DNA of 20,000 nucleotides from Perkinsus olseni (Eukaryota): NCBI GenBank assembly GCA_013115125.1, contig JABANN010000120.1, positions 48,223 to 68,222 of the forward strand, read 5' to 3'. Shown piece by piece: positions 9,074 to 20,000 of this stretch (position 1 is its first letter; each line of letters starts with the position of its first letter). The notes under the pieces were generated by a model. It saw only the letters and a program-made list of their open reading frames with translations, ran no database searches and was not told where the DNA came from. The position numbers and the translations under genes were made by a program.

Positions 9074-10567
9074 ATGGCTGCCTCGCCGTCCGAGGCCCTG
9101 GACAGAGTCCTCCAAGCCGCTCGCAAGGGCGACTATGCGGCAGTGGTGGAGTGCGTAGAAGCAATAGACTGCAGCACGGCGTCTAACCAGTGAGGGCAGG
9201 ATGTATTTACGGGAAGAGGGACAAGGGGTAGATACGGGCTCACTCCCTTGCATGCAGCGGTCAGCGGTGGCAACGATGAAGTCATCCGATTGCTGGTGGA
9301 GAGGAGGGCCGAGATTGACAAGCCCGATCGGAGCGGCTTCACGCCGCTGTGGGAGCCTACGGGACGCCTTGGGCATCACTGCGGCCGTTGTAGGTATGTT
9401 GCTTTAACTCGTAATCGTTTGGCATGCGTGAAGTTCCTCCTCGAGCTGGGTGCGTCGATAGAGTTCAGGAACCACGACGGCGCCACGGCCTTGCATGTGG
9501 CTGCATCCTTGGGGAGGGAGGAGATTGCTCAGCTGGTGAGCACCGGCGGCCCCCTTTTCTGGTGAGTTCATCAATTCGTCAGTTGATAGATGAGGGAGCC
9601 GACGTGAATGCTAAGAACAACGTAGGTGAGAGGGGCCCCTCTTTCGTAATATCATCACGCCGCTGTCCTATCTCCTCAGTGCCTAGCGCCTCCTGCTGGT
9701 GTTATGGTCGTGGTGTGGTATGATCAGGCAATACTCCGGCAATGGCCGCGGCAATGGCAGGTCGATCGAAGATTCTAGAGTTACTGTTGGAGACCGGAAG
9801 GGTTGATGCTACCTTCACGAATAAGGTAGGACGGTACTAAACGCACCACTGGTGTGACACCACGGTTCACGGCAACGGCTGTCTGTCGACGGCTACACCG
9901 GCCTCGCTCGTTCTGTTATGCCTGTCCCGCTAGGGAAGGTCTTGACGGTAGCTGTATCGCTGAGGGGAGTGACTTCTCCTTTGTTTTTCAGAGTGGGCAG
10001 TCCGTCCTGGACTTGGCCGCAGCTAGCAGGACGATCTCGTCCACCGTGTTGAATCAGCTCCGCAAGCCCTCTACATCCGATCGAGCGTCTGCTCGTTTGG
10101 CAGAAGAGACACCAACGTCAGCGGAGCGAAGCAATAGTGTGGAGATAGGCGTTCAGACTGGCCTGTTCGCGTCCGAGGTGATGGAGGTCTCGGCGCAGAC
10201 CGACGAGGCGATCGCTGATGGTACCGGTCCCGCTCCCTATCTAGAGCAACTAGCACAGCACCGTCGGCGGATACGTAAATTGGAGCGGAAACTAGCCTCC
10301 GCCCAGGACGAGGTGGTGAGGCTTCGTAGGCTGCTGGATCGGCAGGTTGCGGCTACTGAAAAGCCACCACAGACCCCTGGGGATGCTCGTGCAGATGAGT
10401 GTGGAAGCTCACAGAAGCCGGAGCTGTCAGAGGCGTCTGCCGTGGCCTCCGCTTTGATGTCCGAGTACCGCTTACGTATACTGGATGACATCGAGAGGAG
10501 GCTTGAGAAGATGCAGGCTGGGGAGATTCTGTCAGCTAGGCAGGCATGCCGTCGTATTCCAATGTGA
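9074..10567 (+). CDS. Ankyrin-repeat protein (about 5-6 repeats) with C-terminal coiled coil
   Basis: Spliced: LQAARKGDYAAVVE..YGLTPLHAAVSGGNDEVIRLLVERRAEIDKPDRSGFTPLYVALTRNRLACVKFLLELGASIEFRNHDGATALHVAASLGREEIAQLLIDEGADVNAKNNVGNTPAMAAAMAGRSKILELLLETG..SGQSVLDLA. The tail includes RIRKLERKLASAQDEVVRLRRLL. The exact stop is uncertain. Confidence 0.9.
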
Positions 10568-10651
10568 TTGTTGACTTGTACTAGTGGGCTGCGTTGTAGT
10601 CGTCACAGGGGATGGCGGGCAAGTTAGTGTTATTCTTTCATTGTCATTATT

Positions 10652-13600
10652 ATGAGTGACCCCACCAACGGTTACGGCCCGCTGTGGGCCACCATAGGGG
10701 CCGCTAATCAAGTTAATCAACATGTACGGCTCCCTCCTCCTCGTCATCATCGACGCTCATCCGCTCTATTGAGTAGATTGGATGCAGTGCACGATCAGTG
10801 AAGCTTGTTGCGAAGAAGCAGATATTTCTCATATTACCAGATCGGGATGCTAGCGCTGGATTGAAAGCAGGATCAAGGTGAGACCTCGATGCCGCTATTG
10901 CAAGAGCCCTCCTTGTCGTGTTGATTCGATGCTTGAGCGCGTCTTTTGTCAGGGCGGTTCGGATATTCCCATGCTCGATGAACCCTCCGGAGAGTCTACG
11001 GCAGTGGCATGCTGAAGGAGAAGTTCCGGAGAACGCCGTCGCGATGTCTTGGGCGGTAAACCATCATCGTTCTGTTGTTCGCCCGTGACCTTTCCGTTGC
11101 TCGTCAAGACGTCGTTCGGCTGTATGATCGGTACTCAGACCCTATCGGGGAAGACGAGGAGCTCTAAGGGACGAGTTAAGGTCGAGGCCAAGGTCATTGG
11201 CCCGAACGATAGAAATGCTTGGTGGATCATGTCTACCAACGAATTCATGCCGGGCACGGTATCATTCCGCTGTAGAGAAGAGGAGTATCATGAGTACTAT
11301 ATTCGACATAACAATGATAAGATTGATGTAACATGGCGGCAACTGCGGGTCGCTGAGCTGTCGAATCAGGCATGTATTGAAGAGGTGGGTAGCAGTGGTT
11401 TCAGGCAGGCGGCGTCATTCAATCTGTTGCTGCGATCTGGTGGGGTGGCGGGATCGAACCTGCGTCGTTCCACTTTATTTTTTGCAGATTGCGATCCGAG
11501 AATGAATCGAAATGGCAGCAGCGTGATGAATATCTCCATCGACCCCAGCGTGCTGGAGGACAATCAGCGGTAGAGGAGGGGGTTGCTTCTCGCGTTCCGC
11601 CGATGGCTCTGCTCAGTCATACTGAGACGGTGGAGTCACAGCCGAGCGTGCTTGTAGAGAAATGTGATGCTGAGGAAGTGAGCCGGAGGACTTCTACTGC
11701 TCATCCCGTGACACTCTAACCGTTCCAGGATTCTTCGGCGGACGCCTCGCTGGAGCCGGGGGTAGAGGATGACAGGTGCTACTGCGGTCTGGGGTCGTTC
11801 CAAAGTGGAGCCCACTCACCTCAGTCCTGTTGGCCGCGGAGCAAGTGGGATACAAGAGTTGCCAGTGAGTCCCAGTGAGAGTGGCGAGTTGGAGGAGGAG
11901 GACGGCGGCCGGGACGACGACACCGATGCTGTATGCTAGGGAGGGCTTCTGGTCCGGCCCGAGATTGGTCATTTTATTCAGTCGAGTCGCTCTCAGAAAC
12001 GCACCAGAGACGTGCGGTCTGATGGGAAGAAACTCCGGAAGAAAAATAATAGCGACGAGGAGTCCACACCGGAAGCCAAGCCCAGGTGATCTCGGTGGAA
12101 TGATTTGTCCCAAGGAATTCTTTCGAGTGCTAATAGAAGTGAACGTACCAGACCCTTTGCGACCGTCTACTCATTGAACTCGTGCGAGTTGCATGAGGCT
12201 CCGTTGTGGTGTATGAGCCTGTCGTCTGTGATCGACCCTTTCGCGTGGTACTCAACCAACTGAAGTTGCCAGTGTGGCGGTAGGGTTATGATGTTCTTCA
12301 CTTGCTCAGTGACCCTAAGAGGAAGAGGCGTGACTCATCGGGTTCTGTTGAGGAGTTGCTGGTATCGGGTCGAATCGACCGGCGAAGCAGCATAGCCAGC
12401 TACCAGAGTTTGCCGAAGAATGTCTTCGATAATGAAGGGCCTCTCTTGGTGGGTGCACAGAAAGAGCCAGGCTGGTCACTGGACTGATGCTCAGGCACGA
12501 CCTAGCGGGGGCCATGATAGTGTGTTCGATCTCACCCTCGACCACGATGAAGGGCCGGACGTGTCCCGGATCGATCCTGCCCCAGCCACCGCTGCGTATG
12601 AGGTGATAAGCTAGGAAGAGTCAGGCCCCGCCTCTCGATCATGAAGGCTAGTATCAAGCCGCCGATTGATAAGACCTAGGAAGATCATGCTGAATGATAG
12701 TCCGATGAGTTATGCTTCTCGTCGTACTGTCACGATCGGGAGGGGTGCTCAACCTCATGGAGATCGGAAGGCCGGCTCAGGAACTCGAGGAAGCCCGGCG
12801 AGCACTGAGTAGCGCCCTCGATAAGGACCTGGAAAGTCAGCAGGAGATCAAGCTGCTTCGCAAGCAGTTGGAAACAGCGAGAAAATCCAGCAAGGAAGCT
12901 CGGGTATGTTGGCCTCTTTTGCGCTGCGTCCCACTTGCCTCACGATGCTCAGGAGCTGAAGCAGCTGCGCAAGGAGTTCGATAAGGCGAGGGAAGAGTTC
13001 GAGAGGTCACAGGCGGAGGCTCGGGAGAAGATTAGGACCTTGCAGCGGGAGTTGGCTCTGGAGCTTGAGGCTAAGGATGATGCGCTGGTAGCGAGCTCGT
13101 GTAGCATTCGATGGGGGAGCTAACGGGAAACCTGTTTGTCGTGTAATTTTTACGGAACGCTGCGAAGGATCCCGTGTGTCGCTGATCCATCGTGGTCGTG
13201 ATCCGCCCTCCCAGAATCAAACTGAGGCTCTCGAGGAGAAGCTAGAGGGAAAGCAGGCGGCTGAGGAAGAAGCTGCGTGCACTATCAAGTCCCTCAAGAA
13301 GGAGCTCAAACAGAAATCGGAAAGGCTCAGGGCTGTACAGCAGCATCGCGATGATGAGGTCGGTGATGCTGAGAGGGGATTAACCCAAATTTTAGGGTTT
13401 TACGCAGATAACGGCTGAAGATGGAAAGGTGGCGGCCCTGCAGCAAGAGTTGGAGGAGGCTCAAAGACTGCAGGAGGAAAGTCAGGATGTAATCAAGTCG
13501 CTCCGCAGTGAGCTCGAGGGTGGGGAGGCTCGGATGAGGGAGCTGCGTAAGGAGCTGGAGGAGGTCAAGGTAGGCGCGACGAACGGTTTGTGTCAAGCAT

Positions 13601-16600
13601 TCCTCTGTGCCGCAGGATGGTGCCGATGATAGTACAAGTACGCTGCGAGCTGAGCTCGAGGCGGCTGAAGAGGCGCGGAACGTCGGCCAAGCGGCCCTTA
13701 CCAAGCTGGAGGCAGATCTTGCCGATGAGAAAGCGAAGGTTGCGGAGCTTCGAGAGGAACAGGTTAGTGGAACGAAAGAAACCAGTGTCACAGGGACAGG
13801 AGGGTGCTTGGTAGTCGGGCAATGAGAGTGAAACGTTCACGAACTATCTCTACAGCATGGGGACCTGTTATAGGCGATGCGCTCTTTGCTTTCAGGAAGC
13901 AGCAGACAGGAGGTGGCAAGAAATTCAGAGCGAAAAGCAGGCGAAGGAGGCAGAGAATGAGGAGCTCAAGCGTACTCTGAAGTCGATGGAGGTAATCACA
14001 GGGGTCACGCTCGTCGATCGTTCTCACGGTCTCTTCTCTTCAACTGTGATGAACCGTCATGGAACCTCGTGCGGAATGGTCTTCTCCGTGCCTGCTCAGA
14101 AATTGCCGGCGGAACTCGAAGCAGCGAAGGCGCGACGAAACGAGGCGGAGATTGCGGTGAGCATTTGGCGAAGTTGACTGTGCGAGGGCTGAGTATCAGA
14201 TGTTCGGATTGGAGTCGGAGATCGACGCTCTGAAGGAACAGCTGGAGGAGAAAGAGAAGGAGATAAAGAAGCGAGTGGAGGCTCAGGCGGAGAAGGAAAG
14301 TGCAAATGGTGAGGGGCATGCTCGGTAGCCTTCGTACTCACTGAGTCTACGGCAGGGAATGCAGGGAAGCCCCCTCTTCCACCGGCCAACACAGGAAAGC
14401 CCTCCTCTGGTGGCAACAGACGGGAGTCTCGGGAAGTGCGTAGCCGACTGAGTCTTGAGATGGATGAGGCGGTTGCCGGACTGCTGGTAAGCCCAGTTCG
14501 CTTTTTAAGAGCAAGAAGGCGTGTAGATCCGTCTGGATGAATGATATGCAGTTGGTGGGAAAACTGTGGAACACATGACGGAAAACTGCACTATGCAAAA
14601 ATGAAGCCACTCTTTTGGCATCACGCATTGTCTTCGTTACGCACTGTAAATCGCCGTTGTCTCCATCTACAATGGGGCGCTGAGCTGAGCTTTTTCTTCC
14701 CCACAGGGTGCGGGTGCCGCTACGACTGCTGTATCGGAGGAAGAGCAGAGCGTGGACAAGTACAAGAAGATAATAATAGACCTGCAAGAGAAGGTACTTT
14801 AACGGCCGCGATCCGCCATCCAGGAGACGCTACGTGGTAGATAAAAGTCCAAGATGGATGGTTGGACGAGTGCGAGTTCGATATCTCCAAGTGGGAGGGC
14901 CGCTACAGACACGAGCAGGAGGAGCATGATGAGACTCGGAGAAAATATGGCGAGGTTGCAGAGACACTGAAGAGAGCAGAGGGGAAGAGGGCCGAGCTGA
15001 AGGCGGAAGCTCAGAGGCTATTATTGGACCTTGAGTGGGTAACGGAGGAGAAACAAGCGCTCGAGCAAGCTGTGAAGGAGCTTGATAAGGCTGGTGAGGC
15101 TCTCAAGGACAACACTTAAAGCATTGATCTCATGCCAGTCGCAGCGGAGGCTCGAAAGCCGGAGACGCGAACAACGGCTACTTCCACTAGCATGTCAATG
15201 AGGTACCTCACCTTCCCATTGCGTGGCTGCCGTGCTGCCGAACGTGGGCATGCTGTGCAGCCCGAGACAGGATTCGATTCTCAGGAGCTTGATCTCGTAC
15301 GAACAGCGCTTCGAAGCTATGAAGGCAGAGACTGCTAAGCTGAAGCAAGACGCAGAGGCGCTCGAGGGTGTGTCCCAACAGGCTTCAACGACTCGATCGT
15401 TCTATCAGGGAGCAAGCGTGCGGTTGAGTTGAATGCCCAGAAGGCTGAGGAGAAGATCGACTTTATGCGCTCCCAGAAGAAGGAGCTGGAAGGCGCTTTG
15501 GGTCTGCTCACTGACAAGCTAACGGTCGTCGACGCGGAGGTGGGCTCCCTGGCTAGATCGGTTGTGCGAGAGGAAGCTCTCGTGTTTGTGATAGAGGACC
15601 CGGCTGCTGCATGCACTCTCCCTTGCCCAAGACGAGCTGAAAGCCCTGAAGACTGGCATTGCAGGAGTCTCTGATTACAATGCAGCAATCAAGGAGGCAA
15701 TGAGGGGTATGCTACGAACCTCAGTTGAGATTGATCGGCGCTCGAGTTGCTCCGGCAGATGCTCAACGATCGGCACATCGAAGGGTGAGCACTGTAGATG
15801 ATGCTGCTGCTGCGGGCTGCAAAAGTGAGGGTCCGTCCCTCATTTTGGAGGGAACACTTATTGGTAGATACTTCTCGGAATGACGCTGCAGTGGGATGCA
15901 AAGGTGAGTATCGGGCCTTGGCTTCGAAGGGAAATCTTTTCGTTAGATACTGTTCGGGAGGATGCTTCAGCGGGACACGAAAGTGAGTATGAGGGCTTGG
16001 CCTTGGACGCGAGACTCATGGATAGATACCTTTCGGGATGATGCTGCCGCGGGCCAAAGAGGTGAGAATTGGGCGTTCACTTCGGACGAGAACCTTATGG
16101 ATAGATACTGCTTGGGATGATGTTGCTGCGAGCCGCGAAGGTGAGTGTCAGTCCCTGACTTTGGTCGGAAACCTCCTTGATAGACACTTCCCGGAATGAT
16201 GCTCCCCCGGGAGCTGTAACTGTGGCAAATACGGGGACCTTCAAGGTGATCGGCGAGAGAGACAAGCATCGGACGAATCTTTGCTGCTACAGAGTGCCCA
16301 CAACTTCTGGGCGGCCAAAGCCAACACCGGGCCGTGGGAGAAGCGCAGGGATAAGATCCCGAAGGTCACTGAAGTGAGAAGTGGAACTTGTCCGTTCAGT
16401 GTAGCAGTTGCCTTCCCAGCAGCCGGTGCCGGCGAGGGTTCTCCCTAGAATCGAGCCAGCGAGTGAAACGCAAGAGAAGCAGCCCCCACAGGCCGGTGCT
16501 CTTTCTCCTCTGAGTGTCCGGATGTCCGAGATGGGACCCGTCCGTGATCGAAGTGATCCCCCAAAGAATGCCTTGCGTGTCTAATTCCCACGGCCCCCTC

Positions 16601-17158
16601 AGACAGTCCGGAGGAGGTGGATGATGATAAAGAGAATGCCCCAGCTCAAGCGAATCCAGTAGAAGCCAAGCCCTTCTCACGAGCTGAGGTGAGCTCCTCT
16701 GACACTGTCGCTTTCTCGTGCCGCTATATCGACTCGTACGCATATACTTTAAAAAATCTTGATGCTGCCTGTTGCGAGCTGCCCGGTCCACATGTTATTC
16801 AATCGGTGCCACGAGGGCACTGCCAATCATACAGTAGATCGACTGCCCTGTTGCAATGGCTATTTCCGACCTCCACGCGTGGTAGAGGCGATGACTTCCG
16901 CTTCCTTAGGTGAAGATCAAACCGCTAAACCCGGGAGAGACTCCTTCAAAGATCGGCAGGCCTCGCCAACCGGCCCTCATGGGCGACGTTAGTCCATCGT
17001 CCGCATCAGTGCCTCATCGGGTGGGCCAATATACACGTTTGCATCCATCGCTCTCAGCTGCCGCGCAGCAGAACCGCATGCTTCAGATATGTCCCGTCCT
17101 CCCGCCAGCTCAGCGGACTGAGCCCCCGTCCCAACAGGCGAAGATGGAATCTTCGTGA
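10652..17158 (+). CDS. Large multi-exon coiled-coil protein with N-terminal AbfB/CBM42-like motif, NLS-like motif, 12-aa repeats and KEN box
   Basis: Candidate start MSDPTNGYGPLWATIGAANQVNQH. Acidic and basic disordered exons (11.6-12.6 kb, PKRKRR at 12314) are followed by many E/K/L/A-rich heptad exons (12.78-15.6 kb, e.g. ELEEARRALSS, ELKQLRKEFDKAREEFE), the microexon array and DDDKENAP at ~16620. Could be two genes; the end may be 17171. Confidence 0.7.
15788..16219 (+). repeat. 79-bp tandem array of 36-nt microexons and 43-nt introns
   Basis: Introns GTGAG..TAG at 15825-15867, 15904-15946, 15983-16025, 16062-16104 and 16141-16183 are all 43 nt and mutually similar. Internal exons 15868-15903, 15947-15982, 16026-16061 and 16105-16140 are all 36 nt. 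Confidence 0.9.
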
Positions 17159-17684
17159 GGCCTCGAGTTAGCCAAGCGGTGCGAGGATCTGAGCTCGTGC
17201 TCCCGAGTCCAAGATTCCCGAAAGCATTGTTGTTGTCGTCGCTGAAGAGGCACATCTCTTCTGTACAGAAATCTCATGCATGTTTTCAAGCGTCATTATG
17301 CAGTAGTTGCGTTGGGACCTTGTCATTTATTATATTGAGGATAGCATTGTAGTGTTTTTGGATCTAAGATTGACGTATCGATCACAGCGAGCTCGAGATC
17401 TCTCTCTGGCGAGCCCGCGGTGTAAATGAAAGAACCTCGAGTGAAAATATCTACAGTGGCTCCGTTGAGTCCCTAACTCGATCAGTGTAGTTATTACCTC
17501 GAAGAAAAGTCACTCCCTAAGATGATCGCCTGATGGGATGCATCACCAGCAGCTCGTCTCAGAAAGACAAGCAGAAGCCTTTCGGGATGGGATTCTGGGC
17601 ACCCAATCGCCGCTTGAGTTTTCGGTCGGGATGCTTCTGGTCGGCCATTGCGGCAAGCGTCTTTCTAAGTTGAGCTTTCTCCTG

Positions 17685-18897
17685 ATGCTTCCTCCAGGAG
17701 TGAAGGCCCATAGTCGCTGCCTCGCCCTCGACCTGAAGCTGATCGAATGCCTGTGGGATGATAATAGTCCCCAAGGGCCTGAAAACGGACTCTGCCAGAT
17801 TATAAATGAATACGTTGGTCCGTGGCGCTACGTCTTTAAGATAGAGTCAACCAGCTTCGCCGAATGTTTCAACACCATTCTCGAGAGAGAAGGTAGACTT
17901 GTTGGTGCAGATTATTATCGCGATCGACCTCACAGAATCACTCTCGCCGTGGCGCCGGTTGTAGATCCCGAGCCTCGGGAAGGCGAGGATCCCGAGTATC
18001 CGGTTGAGTGGCCCATATTCTCTGCTCTTGGCAGCTGTCGCGTCTTCGACTACGACCGTGTTCAAGATCGGATTTTCTCCCTTATCCAAGACGAGCGGAA
18101 GGAGAAAGTATAACTACAAGCTTTCACATTCGGTGGGGGAGTGCAAGTCGCTCTGGCAATCAATGGTTTCCCGGAGTATGCTCAGCTGAGGTGTATGAAA
18201 TATGTACCCGCTGTTCAAGCTCTGGTCGTGGCTGTGATGGTTAATGACCACACGGCTGTACTCATTCATCGGATCGACGTTTCGGACTTGTTACGAGTTT
18301 CCACTCCGTCGGATCTTCTTTGGGAACTGGAACTGCCAGGAAAAACTGATAGGCCCTCTTATTGGGAGTCTGAAGTGGCTCTTAATCTGCGAAGCTCTGA
18401 TCGCCTGCTAGTTGCGGTAACTGTGATCCCTCCCTATGGGAATCCCAGCGAGTATTGCATTATGGAGTACACGCTTGGCGTCGGCGGCAAGACGCCCGTT
18501 GAACGACAGTGGTGCAAAGGTGGGACTGTGGAGGGATAGTCACAGTCCTAGTCGTTTGTGGATACTGGGGGAAAGAGTAGTTCTCTTGGCTACCATCGGC
18601 CCTCGACAACTACATCATGCTAGCGGCAGATGTACACAAAGCATATGCTATCTCGGTCGGAAGGACTTCATCTGTGAGATAACCGCCGGTGAAGATGACA
18701 GATTCCATGTCCTGTGGTTCCACGACAATTCGCTTGAAAGGCAGATGAGTTATGACGGTGATTATCCTCCCTGCACCAACAATCTAACCACTTTCCGAGT
18801 CGTTGCTTCCAGGTTTACGGAGGGTCCCTCTGTAAACCCTCCGGAGCTCTACCCCAACTATGGACGTCAGTACGGGGGTCGCTTCTCTAGGTGGTGA
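17685..18897 (+). pseudogene. Intron-poor hypothetical gene, probably disrupted
   Basis: ORFs 17538..18113 and 18141..18539 share a frame separated by a single TAA (18111-18113; KEKV*LQAFTFGGGVQVAL). The protein-like sequence then continues in the +1 frame from ~18538 (SHSPSRLWILGERVVLLATIG..) to 18897. No family recognised. Confidence 0.5.
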
Positions 18898-20000
18898 TAC
18901 GCCATCGAAGACAACCCTTCGGCCTGCTTCCATGTCCGAAAGGTTGATCGGAATTATATGAACCCCGCGGGAAATATATCCCGTGGTTACATGAGACTGG
19001 TAGCTTCCATTGCGGACCTCAGATTTTTGCAGATTTCATATCCGAATTCTCGAGTTTGTCGGAGTTTCCGGATTGCGTTGAGTCATTAAAGCCTACTCAG
19101 TGAGGCTGGCAGTCGGACACTGCAATGAATGTCAGAGCTCACCCGTCGGGGATGAGCAGTAGTTGTCGCGTAGCCACGATGTTGTTGGTGGTACTGTAAG
19201 AGTGGGATGGATGGCAACTGTCCTCATTGTGTTGATCCGATGATCGTCCATCGTTTGTAGAAGGACCGTGGCCCCGATTGTGATGCCAGGTTCTGTTTAG
19301 GAGCTGGTTCAAGAAGGCTCATTGGGTGATGTTGTCATCGACCACCGATAGTATCAATCGACGAGATGATCACGACTTATACGAGTATATCCGTACGCAA
19401 ATTACCCATTTCTCTCAGTACTAGCACGTGTCTGGAGCGCTTGGTGCTCCCGTGGCATGTTGACTCGCTTAGTAGCGATCCATTTGGGGGCTCAAGTCTG
19501 GCAAACAATCCGGAGGCCTGGTCAAGGGGTTCTAGAGAACCGTGCAACCTCTCGCTTGGACTACCTGCGGGTGCAGTGTGCTAGAGTGTCAATCAAAGAT
19601 GGGAATGGAGAAAGGCGGGCGCTTAACGCGTAGCACGAAGATCGTGTTCCCCTGCGGGAAATGCATACATCTCGCGCGCTTGGAAATCCCGTCAAGTGTC
19701 AGACCAAATCAATGGGAGTCGCAGTCTAGGTATTAGTTTTCCCCTGCGGGATCAACAGTGGAGGGGTTCGCTGGAATTCACGGAATGGAATCTGTCGTTG
19801 TTTATCCTGGAAAGTCGGGTTCCATACCTCGTTGCTCTTGGCACGTCTCTATACCTCAGCCCTCTTGAGTCGAGAGACTCAAACATCGTGGCCCGGTCTC
19901 GAACCAGTAGGATTCAGTGGAATCGACCATACAGGGTGTTCCAATTCGATATGCAAATCACAAAAATCAGTCTAATTCAGCACATACTACGTGTTTGAGG

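Noticed and set aside
13327-15688. Minus-strand Ser/Leu-rich ORFs
   Set aside because: Typical antisense translation of E/K-rich coiled-coil exons.
15788-16219. CRISPR-like regular array
   Set aside because: Both parts of each unit are homologous between copies, boundaries coincide with GTGAG/TAG splice sites, the context is eukaryotic and there are no cas genes.
19472-19496. Degenerate SL-like string GTAGCGATCCATTTGGGGGCTCAAG
   Set aside because: Needs several indels to align with the SL, and no convincing gene follows.
18900-20000. Short ORFs and exon-like pieces at the right end
   Set aside because: No recognisable motifs or consistent exon chain on either strand.

Overview
Eukaryotic, gene-dense DNA with many short (mostly ~40-60 nt) GT-AG introns, so the ORF track only catches fragments. 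A perfect 21-nt match to the Perkinsus-type spliced leader (CCGTAGCCATCTTGGCTCAAG, 1214-1234) and the intron style point to Perkinsus. Manual splicing gives these elements, in order. (1) A C2-like 5' gene fragment. (2) A ~1.5-kb SL-headed segment flanked by an 8-bp direct repeat, carrying an apparently intron-containing gene with a degenerate C2H2 finger. (3) A membrane-hairpin + DysF (Pex23/Pex30- or MCTP-like) gene. (4) A minus-strand putative secreted protein. (5) A PLOD-type glycosyltransferase with a hidden C-terminal chitin-binding-type-1-like domain. (6) An ankyrin/coiled-coil gene. (7) A long coiled-coil gene with an AbfB/CBM42-like N-terminal motif, a KEN box and a 79-bp microexon+intron tandem array. 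(8) A probably disrupted intron-poor gene. All gene models are by-eye; exon boundaries outside conserved domains are uncertain.
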